Positions 1 through 9,170 of a DNA stretch of 39,920 nucleotides are shown here, piece after piece. The stretch is from Acidilobaceae archaeon. Its GTDB lineage: Archaea; Thermoproteota; Thermoprotei_A; Sulfolobales; Acidilobaceae. Every line of letters begins with the position of its first letter. The first letter of the stretch is position 1. Position numbers and translations under genes: made by a program. The stretch covers positions 1-39,920 of the forward strand of contig JALWJI010000153.1 in assembly GCA_027081695.1 (NCBI GenBank), in the 5' to 3' direction. The notes under the pieces were generated by a model. It was not told the DNA's origin. It saw nothing but the letters and a program-made list of their open reading frames with translations, and ran no database searches.

Positions 1-1
1 C

Positions 2-793
2 ACAGACCCAGCCTACGAGAGGATAGGACTCATAAGCCACGCCCGCCAAAAATACGAGCCCTATATACAAACAGCCAAACCACTACGAGACACGCCCGAA
101 GCAAGGAAAGCCGCAGAACTAGTAAACGAGTTCACGGAAAAAGCAATAAGGATACTCGACAAACACCCAGTCAACGAGCAACGAAGAAGAAAAGGACTCC
201 TACCAGCAAACGCCGTCCTACTACGAGATGCAGGAGACCGGCCCCCACAAACCGAGCCCTTCCAGGAAAAATACGGGTTCACAATGGCATCCATAGTAGA
301 AATGATAGTCGAAAGAGGAATAGCAAGAGCACTCCAACTCCACGACATACAAGTAAAAGTAGAAGGAAGAACCAAAAAAGAAATACTCATAGAAGAAGCA
401 GAAAAAGCCGCAAAAGCACTAGAAAAATACGCCGGCATATACGTACACCTCAAAGGACCAGACGAGCCAGGACACGACGGCGACCTCCAAGGAAAAATAA
501 AAGCAATAGAAGAAATAGACAAGTACTTCTTCGGAACAATACTAGACCACATAGACAGGAATAACACCGTCATAATAATAACAAGCGACCATGCCACACC
601 ATGGTACATGAAATCACACAGCAGCGACCCCGTACCACTACTAGTATCACATCCAAGCTTCAAAGGACCTGGAAAATTCCACGAACAAGCATGCAGAGAA
701 AACCTAGAACTAGGAATCCTAGAAGGAGGCTACAAAATCCTACCCACAGTAATACAGCTAGTAAGAGAAAAACTAGGCTCCCAAATCAAATAA
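2..793 (+). CDS. apgM: 2,3-bisphosphoglycerate-independent phosphoglycerate mutase, archaeal ApgM type (C-terminal part; 5' end outside window)
   Basis: Frame 2 is open from base 2. Translation reads ...RRRKGLLPANAVLLRDAGDRP...IYVHLKGPDEPGHDGD...IIITSDHATPW..., matching the metal-binding and phosphatase-superfamily motifs of archaeal ApgM. The listed ORF 284..793 is only its Met-initiated tail. Confidence 0.8.
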   Translation, partial: TDPAYERIGLISHARQKYEPYIQTAKPLRDTPEARKAAELVNEFTEKAIRILDKHPVNEQRRRKGLLPANAVLLRDAGDRPPQTEPFQEKYGFTMASIVEMIVERGIARALQLHDIQVKVEGRTKKEILIEEAEKAAKALEKYAGIYVHLKGPDEPGHDGDLQGKIKAIEEIDKYFFGTILDHIDRNNTVIIITSDHATPWYMKSHSSDPVPLLVSHPSFKGPGKFHEQACRENLELGILEGGYKILPTVIQLVREKLGSQIK

Positions 794-805
794 CCACAAA
801 GAAAC

Positions 806-1366
806 TCAACTCTCAACAAACACCCTAACAATATCAGTAGCACCAAGAGACTCAGCCAGCTCCAACACAATCCTCCTCATATTATCACGTATATCACTGA
901 CATCATACCCCAACCTCTCATAATAATAAGCCCTCAAAAGAGTGGCAAGAGACTCAGCCAACCTAGCCACCCGGGCCTCAATACTCGCCCCCTCCTCAAA
1001 CTCCTTAAACAACAACCTAACGCCGTCATGGATCTCCAACAATTCCAAAGCCCTCTCCTCAGCCCTCCTCTTCTCCTCCCTAGAAATACCAGAAGTCTTA
1101 GCAATATCCCCCACGACAACCTCACCAATATCATGAACTAAGGCAATAGCAGCCGCCTTCCAAGGATCAATACTAACACCACGATCACGCAGGCGCAAAG
1201 ACACCTCCAACGCCAACAAGGCCGCAGAAAAACTATGCTCCGCGACAACCTCACCAATACTAGGAGGCACACCCCTAATCATCCAACCAGTCCTAACAAG
1301 AGAAGAAAGACCCACAATAACCTCGTCAAGACCCAGCCTACCACCAGACACCGCTCGCCACCACAC
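806..1366 (-). CDS. HD-domain phosphohydrolase, YfbR-like 5'-deoxynucleotidase family
   Basis: 186-aa ORF with VAEHSFSAA and LVHDIGEVVVGDI (H...HD...D signature). GTG start sits 1 nt downstream of the stop of the preceding gene (1368), suggesting translational coupling. Confidence 0.7.
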   Translation of the reverse strand: MWWRAVSGGRLGLDEVIVGLSSLVRTGWMIRGVPPSIGEVVAEHSFSAALLALEVSLRLRDRGVSIDPWKAAAIALVHDIGEVVVGDIAKTSGISREEKRRAEERALELLEIHDGVRLLFKEFEEGASIEARVARLAESLATLLRAYYYERLGYDVSDIRDNMRRIVLELAESLGATDIVRVFVES

Positions 1367-1367
1367 T

Positions 1368-2120
1368 CTAGTATCCTAATACACCATACTCTAAGCTCTT
1401 AAGACTCGCCGGAACAGGCCTATTATAATATAATGCCTCCTTGATACGAGTATAATCATCCTCGGAAACCATATACACACGGACAAGATAAGCCACACAC
1501 GAAGGAGTAGCACTAGCAGCTATAAGGCCGCCCTCGACCAACAAGTCTAACGCTGACTCAACATCAGGCTTCGACAACCCGCAAGCCTTCTCTGGATGAG
1601 TATGAAGATTCGCAGTAGAAGACACAAAAGGCAACCTAACCCTATACTTTTCCCCCTCGAATAGGGCCACCTCACCCGTCTCAAGATAAATAAACATATA
1701 CTCGATTCCGCTTAAAGAAGTCTCAACCGCCCTACGCCTAAACAGCTCCTTATCAAGCATCAACAATTCAATACTGGCTCGATAAAGGTTCCTAATACTC
1801 GAATCCCCAAACCCAGGCCTCAACACAACATCAAACGAAATACTACCACTCTCATACCTCCTATAAACATCGTCCCCAACATCACTATGATAAAACTCGA
1901 CACGGCCAGACTCCAGTAGACGCTCCGGATAATACAAGACTTCATCCTTTAAACTCCAACTAAAAGTAGCCCTCTCCCAATCGAGTCCCTCATCTTCAAC
2001 CAAGAACTCCAAAGTAGTCAAAGCCCCATAGAGGACTGCGAGAGAAAGCGACGCCCTAGTACGCAAAAGCTTTTGCTCCTTACCACCCATCGTCCACAAC
2101 CCAGGGAACAGCCATACCAT
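1368..2120 (-). CDS. Uncharacterised protein with C-terminal JAMM/MPN+ metalloprotease motif
   Basis: 250-aa ORF. Residues 173-186 read HTHPEKACGLSKPD, which is HxH-x7-S-xx-D. A candidate upstream Glu lies in GIEYMFIYLE. About 120 aa of N-terminal sequence has no motif I recognise. The start could be Met11 (2090). Confidence 0.55.
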   Translation of the reverse strand: MVWLFPGLWTMGGKEQKLLRTRASLSLAVLYGALTTLEFLVEDEGLDWERATFSWSLKDEVLYYPERLLESGRVEFYHSDVGDDVYRRYESGSISFDVVLRPGFGDSSIRNLYRASIELLMLDKELFRRRAVETSLSGIEYMFIYLETGEVALFEGEKYRVRLPFVSSTANLHTHPEKACGLSKPDVESALDLLVEGGLIAASATPSCVAYLVRVYMVSEDDYTRIKEALYYNRPVPASLKSLEYGVLGY

Positions 2121-2205
2121 ACTAACAGGTTCACAATCCTACTATATAATTACCCGGGAATATATTCACACTATCATAGGAGACAAGAGAACAGAGGTTC
2201 CATTC

Positions 2206-2619
2206 ATGAAACAAAGAAAAAAGAAACAAACTATAACAAAGGAATCCATCATCGCGCTAATAGACGAAATAGGAATCATAGTAGCAGCAATCCTAATAGT
2301 CCTCTACATGCTCTACAGAGAAAACCTTCTATCAATAGAAAACCTCCTAATCATAGCGTCGATAACCATACTCGCGTCAATATTCGTCTCCTACAAGATA
2401 ATAGAAACCTATAGAAAACCACCGGCAATAGGAGAAGAGGAACTCATAGGAAAGAAAGGACTAGTAATAGAAGACCTTGATCCAGAAGGAAAAATACTCA
2501 TAGAAGGAGAAATATGGAGGGCAAGATCCATATCAGGCCATATACGAGCAAACAAAGAAGTCATAGTACGAGGAGTAGAGGGCCTAACCCTGATAGTGGA
2601 GGAAATACAAAATGAGTAA
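2206..2619 (+). CDS. NfeD-family membrane protein (short form, C-terminal OB-fold)
   Basis: 137 aa. Two hydrophobic helices (IIALIDEIGIIVAAILIVLYML, LLIIASITILASIFVSY) are followed by GKKGLVIEDLDPEGKILIEGEIWRARS...VIVRGVEGLTLIVEE, typical of the NfeD C-terminal domain. Confidence 0.65.
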   Translation: MKQRKKKQTITKESIIALIDEIGIIVAAILIVLYMLYRENLLSIENLLIIASITILASIFVSYKIIETYRKPPAIGEEELIGKKGLVIEDLDPEGKILIEGEIWRARSISGHIRANKEVIVRGVEGLTLIVEEIQNE

Positions 2620-2983
2620 ATGCCCCTGTAGAAAAGAGACAGATCCATACGATCTACTAATATGTCTCGCACCCCCAGCTGGAGAATACGAGACCGCTAT
2701 ACAGCTAGGCGAGAATCTAAGACTAGTAATCAATAACACAGGATTATACATTAGGAGAATCTCTACAGACGAGTTCCTCCCCTACATCAACACATACGAT
2801 AAAAAGATCGATAAAGAAACCCTCAAGGCCTACAACATCACACAAGAAAAAATCAATACACTAATCTGTAAAAACATACAGAATCTAGAAGACGCAGCAC
2901 TACACGGGTCAACCAAAGCCAAAGACCTATTGGAGACATGTAACCAGCTAATAGAGGAAATACGAGAAAAATATTGTAAATAG
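2612..2983 (+). CDS. Hypothetical protein (123 aa), overlaps the NfeD gene by 8 nt
   Basis: ORF with the same A/C-ending codon style as its neighbours. The ATG overlaps the NfeD stop region. No recognisable motif; not SPFH-like. Confidence 0.5.
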   Translation: MSKCPCRKETDPYDLLICLAPPAGEYETAIQLGENLRLVINNTGLYIRRISTDEFLPYINTYDKKIDKETLKAYNITQEKINTLICKNIQNLEDAALHGSTKAKDLLETCNQLIEEIREKYCK

Positions 2984-3022
2984 TATGGATACCCTACTAG
3001 TCCTCCTCTAAATACAGCGAAT

Positions 3023-4261
3023 TCACTTTATGTATTCCCGTCCAATAACTTCCCTAGCAATAATGTACCTCATAATGTTCTGTGCTCCCTCAGCACCGAC
3101 ATAGTATGATAATGCCCCTATGAAGCTCCTAGCGATATTAGTCTCCTTTACATATGAAGCGGCTCCATACAGGCTCATCGCTAGCGATAGTATCTTGAAT
3201 GACGTCTGTACAGCTTTGAGTTTAGCCGAGGCCGAGAAGAAGTTCAGGTCCTTAGGCTTTAGCCCGGGCTCCTTCTTGATATAGATCCTGTCGGCCATCC
3301 AAGCAGCCTTGTATACGAGAAGTCTCGCGGCTTCTAGCTCCATAGCAGCCTCTGCAATAGGGAAGCTTACACCCTGGAACTTGGTTATCGGGCGCTGATC
3401 CTCGTACATTAATCTACCACGACTCCACTCGATCGCTTGCTCAAGGCCCCATCTAGCCGCTCCAATATTAGCTGCCGCAACCAGTATTCTTGCAAGAGTA
3501 AACCCTTCCATAGCATAGTAGAATCCTCTATTCTCCTCGCCTACAAGCATTGAGGCCGGTATCTCCGCATCCTTAAACGTTAACATGCCGGTGGATATAC
3601 CGTGTCTTCCAATAGTATTCAGAATAGAATACTCTAATCCTCCAAGCTTCTTACCCTTATAGTTTCCTACAAGTGCGAAAGCACTAATACCCTTATGACG
3701 ATCCTCTAACCGCCCAGTTCTCGCGATAAGATACCATCCTCCAAGCTCTAATTGTTCCATGCTCTCCCTTACTCCACTTATGTAGATCTTCTCACCATTC
3801 AGAACGTATTTATCTCCCTTCTTAATAGCCATGGTCCGTGTTCCAGCAACATCGCTACCGCCATGAGGCTCCGTAGAAGCTATACCGAAGAAACCCCTAC
3901 CATTACCTACAAGAGGAAGTATCATCTGCTTAGCCTCATCAGTACCATACAGCGAGAGTATAAATGGCCAGGCATTGTTAAGTAGTGTATACACAGCCAC
4001 TGCAACAGATGGATCATGATAAGCAATTTCTTCTACAGCTATAGCTGCAGAAACAAAATCACCGCCTTGGCCCCCATATTCTTCTGGTACAGGTATTCCG
4101 AAGAACCCTTGTTCACCCATCCTATATATTAGATCAGTAGGTATCCTATGCTCCTCGTCTATCTTGTCCCAAATAGGCGCAAGATGTTTCGCAAGAAACT
4201 CGCGGACCGCCTCCTGGAAAATCTTCTGCTCCTCATTAAACTCAAAGTTTACCAAGTACAA
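3023..4261 (-). CDS. Acyl-CoA dehydrogenase (FAD-dependent)
   Basis: 412 aa with an ACAD-like pattern throughout: FNEEQKIFQEAVREF, GIASTEPHGGSD, GENRGFYYAMEGF, and the C-terminal YVGAEGAQNIMRYIIARE catalytic-Glu region. TTG start. Confidence 0.85.
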   Translation of the reverse strand: MYLVNFEFNEEQKIFQEAVREFLAKHLAPIWDKIDEEHRIPTDLIYRMGEQGFFGIPVPEEYGGQGGDFVSAAIAVEEIAYHDPSVAVAVYTLLNNAWPFILSLYGTDEAKQMILPLVGNGRGFFGIASTEPHGGSDVAGTRTMAIKKGDKYVLNGEKIYISGVRESMEQLELGGWYLIARTGRLEDRHKGISAFALVGNYKGKKLGGLEYSILNTIGRHGISTGMLTFKDAEIPASMLVGEENRGFYYAMEGFTLARILVAAANIGAARWGLEQAIEWSRGRLMYEDQRPITKFQGVSFPIAEAAMELEAARLLVYKAAWMADRIYIKKEPGLKPKDLNFFSASAKLKAVQTSFKILSLAMSLYGAASYVKETNIARSFIGALSYYVGAEGAQNIMRYIIAREVIGREYIK

Positions 4262-4367
4262 TCCCCTCGTTTATGATCCAGAAATATCTCCTAGACGAGG
4301 AAAATAAAATCTATCAATAACTAGTCGATATATAGACATAGAATAGATTGAGGCAAGAGGAAAACCA

Positions 4368-4559
4368 CTACTTGAACTGCTTAGTCTTAAGTTTCTTTAT
4401 CCACGTCAGCTTGTTTGGATTCCTCCTAAGCTTCATGAAGTTCTTATAGCACTTGCTGCTACAGAACCAGAGCACGTCTCCCTTACGTGTCACAAACATT
4501 AACCCTGTCCCCGGCTCTATTACCCTACCACAGTAGTTGCATGTCCTCATCTTCGGCAT
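4368..4559 (-). CDS. rpl24e: 50S ribosomal protein L24e
   Basis: MRTCNYCGRVIEPGTGLMFVTRKGDVLWFCSSKCYKNF is the L24e zinc-ribbon signature. The start may be the second Met (4550). Confidence 0.9.
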   Translation of the reverse strand: MPKMRTCNYCGRVIEPGTGLMFVTRKGDVLWFCSSKCYKNFMKLRRNPNKLTWIKKLKTKQFK

Positions 4560-4652
4560 CTTCCTCTACCTCCCAGACCGGCATGGGCCCTTCTAGGGAT
4601 ATAATAGTTTTAATAGTACACATTCCTATTCTTGGTCAAGGGGAGAAGGAAG

Positions 4653-4889
4653 ATGCCAGAAGACGAGAGCATCATCGAGGAGATCGGATACCCTGCCGAG
4701 GTAATCCAGATAATCGGTAGAACCGGAGTAGCAGGAGAGGTAACACAGGTAAGAGTCAGGATACTAGAAGGGAGAGACAAAGGAAGAATAATAACGAGAA
4801 ACGTGCTCGGAGCCGTCCGTAAAGGAGACATACTAATACTCAGAGAGACAGAAAGAGAAGCAAGAAAACTAAGTAGGAGAAGACGCTAG
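4653..4889 (+). CDS. rps28e: 30S ribosomal protein S28e
   Basis: [68 protein letters not shown] 4653 is preceded by GGGGAGAAGGA (SD-like). The listed ORF begins at an in-frame TTG at 4632. Confidence 0.9.
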   Translation: MPEDESIIEEIGYPAEVIQIIGRTGVAGEVTQVRVRILEGRDKGRIITRNVLGAVRKGDILILRETEREARKLSRRRR

Positions 4890-4892
4890 CAC

Positions 4893-5780
4893 CTAACCCC
4901 TCCTAATTATCCAAGGACTAGCATCTCTATCAACAATTATCATCTTAGTTTTCTCCAACTCTACAAGATAACCAACAAGCGTTCTCAAAGGCATAAACAT
5001 CTGAATGCTCGGACCAAATCCATAAATCTCTCTCATCAACTCATCAAGACTTATTTCGCCACGCTCCGCTACTACTTTTATTATGTCATATACTCTACGA
5101 CACCTAGAGACTACTAGCTCCCGGGCAACTCTATACACTATGTTCCTGTCTAGCGGTCTACCATGACCAGGATACAACGTCCTCCACTCAACCGACAATA
5201 TTTTAAGAATAGAGTCCCTATGGGCCTCAAAATCAATTATCGTCGGTCTACCAGGCTCTAGTACAGTATCACCGGCAAATATACTATCTCCGAGAACATA
5301 GCAAACATGGTCAATACTATGACCATGGCAGGGTACAATATCCACTATACCTTCCCTAACAAGAGGACATTCATCATCTAAATAAACCCGTGCTCGCTCC
5401 AGAGCCTCAGCGACCTTATCATATCTCTCCGAGAACATAGCCTCTACCATTTTTACCGACGGCTCGTCAATATATATGCCACCTGCTCTTAAAACATTTC
5501 TAAATCTTTCAGCGTACCGGCCTTCGGATAGAATACTAAACGTCTTACTACTCATACATATAGGGGAACGTGTTAAAGACACGATCCCCATAATATGATC
5601 CCAATGCCAATGCGTAATTAAAATATAATCGGGTTCCTCTTCTATAGGAGGTCTAGGTTTTGCACCGGTATCAACTAGGATACGTTTGTCCTTTATCTTG
5701 ACCATGTATAGAATAGAGGGATCGGATAGAGGGAATTCTAATGTCTTGTAAGTTTTTACATCTATATCATTACCGCTCAT
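4893..5780 (-). CDS. Metallo-beta-lactamase-fold hydrolase with C-terminal winged-helix-like tail
   Basis: 295 aa. HxHxDH motif in ILITHWHWDHIMG, further His/Asp ligands (PCHGHSIDH, YPGHG), and a C-terminal approx. 70 aa that looks wHTH-like (inference). Confidence 0.75.
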   Translation of the reverse strand: MSGNDIDVKTYKTLEFPLSDPSILYMVKIKDKRILVDTGAKPRPPIEEEPDYILITHWHWDHIMGIVSLTRSPICMSSKTFSILSEGRYAERFRNVLRAGGIYIDEPSVKMVEAMFSERYDKVAEALERARVYLDDECPLVREGIVDIVPCHGHSIDHVCYVLGDSIFAGDTVLEPGRPTIIDFEAHRDSILKILSVEWRTLYPGHGRPLDRNIVYRVARELVVSRCRRVYDIIKVVAERGEISLDELMREIYGFGPSIQMFMPLRTLVGYLVELEKTKMIIVDRDASPWIIRRG

Positions 5781-5913
5781 TATAATCTCGTCCCCCCGAA
5801 TCCATTATTTCGGGTTCCGTGATATAAAACACGTTATCTACTATACGCCTACTACACTGAGACAACTAATATTAATTCGAATAGTCTCCCCACATACTCC
5901 CGAGGTGATATAA

Positions 5914-6342
5914 ATGGCAGTAGAAAAAACCCTAGTCTTAGTAAAACCAGACGGTGTCAAGAGGGGGCTCATAGGAGAAGTAATCTCGAGGTTTGAAAAG
6001 AAAGGACTAAAAATACGAGCTCTCAAAATGATATGGCTAAGCAAAGAAAAAGCACAAGAATTCTATAGTGTTCACAAAGACAAGCCCTTCTTCAATGACC
6101 TCGTAGAATTCATAACGAGTGGTCCAATAGTAGCTATGGTGCTAGAAGGAGACAGCGCTATTAGCGTTGTACGACTAATGATCGGGGCAACAGACGGAAG
6201 AAAAGCAGCTCCAGGCACTATTAGAGGAGACTTCGCATTATCAATCCAAGACAACGTTGTACACGCTAGCGATAGTCCGGAGAGCTTTGAGAGAGAATTC
6301 AAGGTAATATTCACGGAGTCGGAAATAGTGCCCGAGTACTAG
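5914..6342 (+). CDS. ndk: Nucleoside diphosphate kinase
   Basis: 142 aa with [36 protein letters not shown] and NVVHASDS (active-site His region). Confidence 0.95.
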   Translation: MAVEKTLVLVKPDGVKRGLIGEVISRFEKKGLKIRALKMIWLSKEKAQEFYSVHKDKPFFNDLVEFITSGPIVAMVLEGDSAISVVRLMIGATDGRKAAPGTIRGDFALSIQDNVVHASDSPESFEREFKVIFTESEIVPEY

Positions 6343-6358
6343 ATATAGAGAAACAAGG

Positions 6359-8203
6359 TTATTTTTGCATCTTTAATTTTAATAGAACTCTTTTATAAGC
6401 CACGTCTCCTTGATTCTTCTTTATCTGTGCTATTTCTTTCAGTACCTCTAACTCGTCCTTACTAATAAGATCCTTAAACTCATTCAAGATCCTGAACGCG
6501 TGTTCGCCCGGCACATTAGTATAGAGTATATCGCCCTCATCTACGTGGCGCCCAACAAGTATTCTTCCCTGAATAGATACTGCTACAGCGCTTCCAAGCC
6601 TCGCCTCCGGCAAGCTCCTGTCCCTATCCTTAATAGCCTGTATTCTTCCAAGAGGTCTTCCCTGAGAATCCATAACAGGATAACCAGGCCTTATCACGCC
6701 ACCGAGAACCTCTACACCAACTATAGCAGGGTTGCTTCTCCTAAACACATACCCTGGAATAATCCTGAACTTCCCCGGCCTTACCAGCTGGTTTAGCGCC
6801 TCAATCCTCTCCCTTTGTTTCTCCGCCTTTATCCATTCTTCATACTCTTCTAAGAGCCTATAGATAACATTATTAGCGAATATCTTGACTCCCGCTCTCT
6901 TAGCCTCCTCCTCGGCCTCTGGCAAGATCTTAACATTAAACGCTAGTATAACTCCTAGATACTTGTCATGCTTCTTTGTAATACTCGCGTCTATAACATC
7001 CGTTCTCGATACAGGCCCTATGTCAGCTATCCTAACAGGAATATTCCTCCTCTTCAAAGCCTCAACCAATGCCTCAAGCGTACCTAGCGTATCCGCCTTT
7101 ACAACAACGCCTGTAATATCAGTCCTAATCCTAAGCTCCTCAAGCTCCTTTCTAACACGCTCCTTAAGCTCCTCAAGCTCTTCCTCAGTGCGTGCTACAA
7201 AGAGGGGAGAACCAGCAAGAGCCTCATCTAGCCCGGACGCGGCAATTCTCACACCGGCCGCGGCATAAACTGCATCCACATTCTCGAACTTAACATCCTT
7301 AGACCGTATATCCTGCAACGGTTTAGGCATCAATAACGCTTTCACAGTTGTTACTATAGGCCCGTTCTTACCCCCTACGACAATAGTATCGCCTGTGCGA
7401 ATAACCCCATCATATATAACTGCATCCGCAACTGTACCAAGGCCAGGATACTCTTTGAGCTCCAATATCACGCCCTTGGCAGGGCCTTCAGCGTATCTTA
7501 GACGGTTTCGCAGATACTGCTGTGTTAATCCGGCCAGCACAGTTAATAGATCAGCTATACCCTCACCTGTTCTAGCAGAGACAGGTACTATTGCCGCCGC
7601 TTTAGTGAAGTCTTTAATCCTAGTGAATAGCTCAGCAGGAATACCCTGCTCGTATAGCTTGCCTACAAGCTCATACACTTTCTGTTCTAGTAGGGCCTGG
7701 GCCTGGGGATCTTGCTTCCTATACGATATTATGAATGGGGTGTCTGGATGGCTTTTCCAGCCCGGTATACGATCAATCTTATTAGCTGCTACTAGGAAGG
7801 GTACCCTTCTTTCCTTCAACAATTCAAGCGCCTCATATGTCTGGGGCTGGAAACCCTCCATGATATCAACAACAAGAATCGCGAAATCTGCTACGCTCCC
7901 ACCACGCCTCCTTAGATTAGAGAAGAGTTCGTGGCCAGGAGTATCAATGAACAAGAGGCCGGGGATTATCAATTTAATAGGAATTATCTGCTTAAGAGGC
8001 TCCGCTATCTTCTCGATCACATCGGCAGGAACAAGACTAGCACCTATGTGCTGTGTGATTCCACCAGCCTCCTTCGCTGTTACTGCAGTCTTCCTTATCT
8101 TGTCTAAAAGAGTCGTCTTCCCGTGATCCACGTGGCCAAGTACAACTACTATTGGTTGTCTGAGCCTCTTTTCTTTTTGTACAGCATCTGTCGTGTTACT
8201 CAT
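6359..8203 (-). CDS. infB: Translation initiation factor aIF5B (IF-2 homologue)
   Basis: 614 aa. GTPase G1-G4 motifs GHVDHGKTTLLD, DTPGHE and NKID, followed by the beta-barrel and C-terminal domains typical of aIF5B. No intein. Confidence 0.95.
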   Translation of the reverse strand: MSNTTDAVQKEKRLRQPIVVVLGHVDHGKTTLLDKIRKTAVTAKEAGGITQHIGASLVPADVIEKIAEPLKQIIPIKLIIPGLLFIDTPGHELFSNLRRRGGSVADFAILVVDIMEGFQPQTYEALELLKERRVPFLVAANKIDRIPGWKSHPDTPFIISYRKQDPQAQALLEQKVYELVGKLYEQGIPAELFTRIKDFTKAAAIVPVSARTGEGIADLLTVLAGLTQQYLRNRLRYAEGPAKGVILELKEYPGLGTVADAVIYDGVIRTGDTIVVGGKNGPIVTTVKALLMPKPLQDIRSKDVKFENVDAVYAAAGVRIAASGLDEALAGSPLFVARTEEELEELKERVRKELEELRIRTDITGVVVKADTLGTLEALVEALKRRNIPVRIADIGPVSRTDVIDASITKKHDKYLGVILAFNVKILPEAEEEAKRAGVKIFANNVIYRLLEEYEEWIKAEKQRERIEALNQLVRPGKFRIIPGYVFRRSNPAIVGVEVLGGVIRPGYPVMDSQGRPLGRIQAIKDRDRSLPEARLGSAVAVSIQGRILVGRHVDEGDILYTNVPGEHAFRILNEFKDLISKDELEVLKEIAQIKKNQGDVAYKRVLLKLKMQK

Positions 8204-8289
8204 ATTCTACTCACCCAACTTGCTACAGTGTAGGATAAACATTAATTAGGCGTTTGGACGACTTGAATCACCTTGACTGCACACGATCT

Positions 8290-8314
8290 GGTCGGGGATA
8301 GGAAGGCCCCGACC
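8290..8314 (+). promoter_or_regulatory. GC-rich hairpin in the putative rps6e 5' leader
   Basis: Perfect 8-bp inverted repeat ggtcgggg (8290-8297) / ccccgacc (8307-8314) with a 9-nt loop. It ends 6 nt before the SD-like GAGGTGG and 20 nt before ATG 8335. Confidence 0.3.
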
Positions 8315-8334
8315 GGGATACGAGGTGGAAAGAA

Positions 8335-9042
8335 ATGTCATATGAGGAGAGACCCCCACTTAGAATAGTCATTTCGGATCCAAAGGCCGGAGACAAAGTA
8401 GTAAAGGTAAAGGTAGTAGGAGTAGAGGACATAGAGCTAAAAGACACAATGGTCAAAAGCAAAGATAAAGAAAGAACAGAGCTACCCATAGCAAGAATAA
8501 ATGAAAAACTAGCCGACGAGCTAGGCCTAAAAGAAGTAGGAGTCCTTACACTACGATTCAGGGGAGAAGAAGGAAAACGCACTAATATCAGCTTCAAGGT
8601 AGAGATAAACAACGACGTCCCAGAGAATACAGTACAAGTAAGCATGGAGCTCCTCGGAGAAGTAGCAGGCGATCTAGAAGCAGAGGCTGAAGCCTTCCGG
8701 GCAAAAGCCTGGCAAATCGCTGTGCCCGAAGACGTCGCAATAAAACTTGCAGGGCTACAAATAGGAGAAACCTTCGACGGTAGCTTGATCGGAATGGAAG
8801 GCCTACGCTTCAAAATAAGAGGAGGCTCCGACGCTTCAGGATTCCCAATGCACCCAGGAGTACCGGGAAGCGGAAAGAAGAAAGTACTGCTATCAGGTCC
8901 CCCAGGATACAGGCCGAGGAGAAAAGGAGAGAGAAAGAGAAAAACAGTGAGAGGAAGAGTCATACCAGATCCACGAGGAGAAAGAAGAAAGACCGCTCTA
9001 GCGCAGTTAAACGTAGTGATATACTACGAGAAAGAATCCTAA
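8335..9042 (+). CDS. rps6e: 30S ribosomal protein S6e (long crenarchaeal form)
   Basis: 235 aa with LRIVISDPKAGDK, GGSDASGFPMHPGV and the KKKVLLSGPPGYRPRRKGERKRKTVRG basic tail. SD GAGGTGG lies upstream. Confidence 0.9.
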   Translation: MSYEERPPLRIVISDPKAGDKVVKVKVVGVEDIELKDTMVKSKDKERTELPIARINEKLADELGLKEVGVLTLRFRGEEGKRTNISFKVEINNDVPENTVQVSMELLGEVAGDLEAEAEAFRAKAWQIAVPEDVAIKLAGLQIGETFDGSLIGMEGLRFKIRGGSDASGFPMHPGVPGSGKKKVLLSGPPGYRPRRKGERKRKTVRGRVIPDPRGERRKTALAQLNVVIYYEKES

Positions 9043-9170
9043 TTTTCCTATCAAACTCTGGAACCATGATTTTGACAAGTACAGATCCTTGAAACCCGTA
9101 GCTTTATCTCCAGGAAAACCCTATGATTTAAACTCCTAACACTACCATTTCTCTGGATGGGGTGTAGTAA

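Noticed and set aside
61-663. 200-aa minus-strand ORF (Ser/Cys/Phe-rich)
   Set aside because: It lies entirely antisense to the well-supported apgM reading frame. Such long shadow ORFs are expected because the strong A/C third-position bias removes stop codons from the opposite strand. The composition is low-complexity and there are no motifs.
6500-8126. Plus-strand ORFs 6500-6796, 6885-7268 and 7395-8126 (up to 243 aa)
   Set aside because: All are antisense to aIF5B, whose GTPase motifs are unambiguous. The translations are Ser/Pro/Leu-rich low-complexity sequence.
8268-8963. 231-aa minus-strand ORF
   Set aside because: Antisense shadow of rps6e. The translation is Ser/Pro/Phe-rich with no motif.
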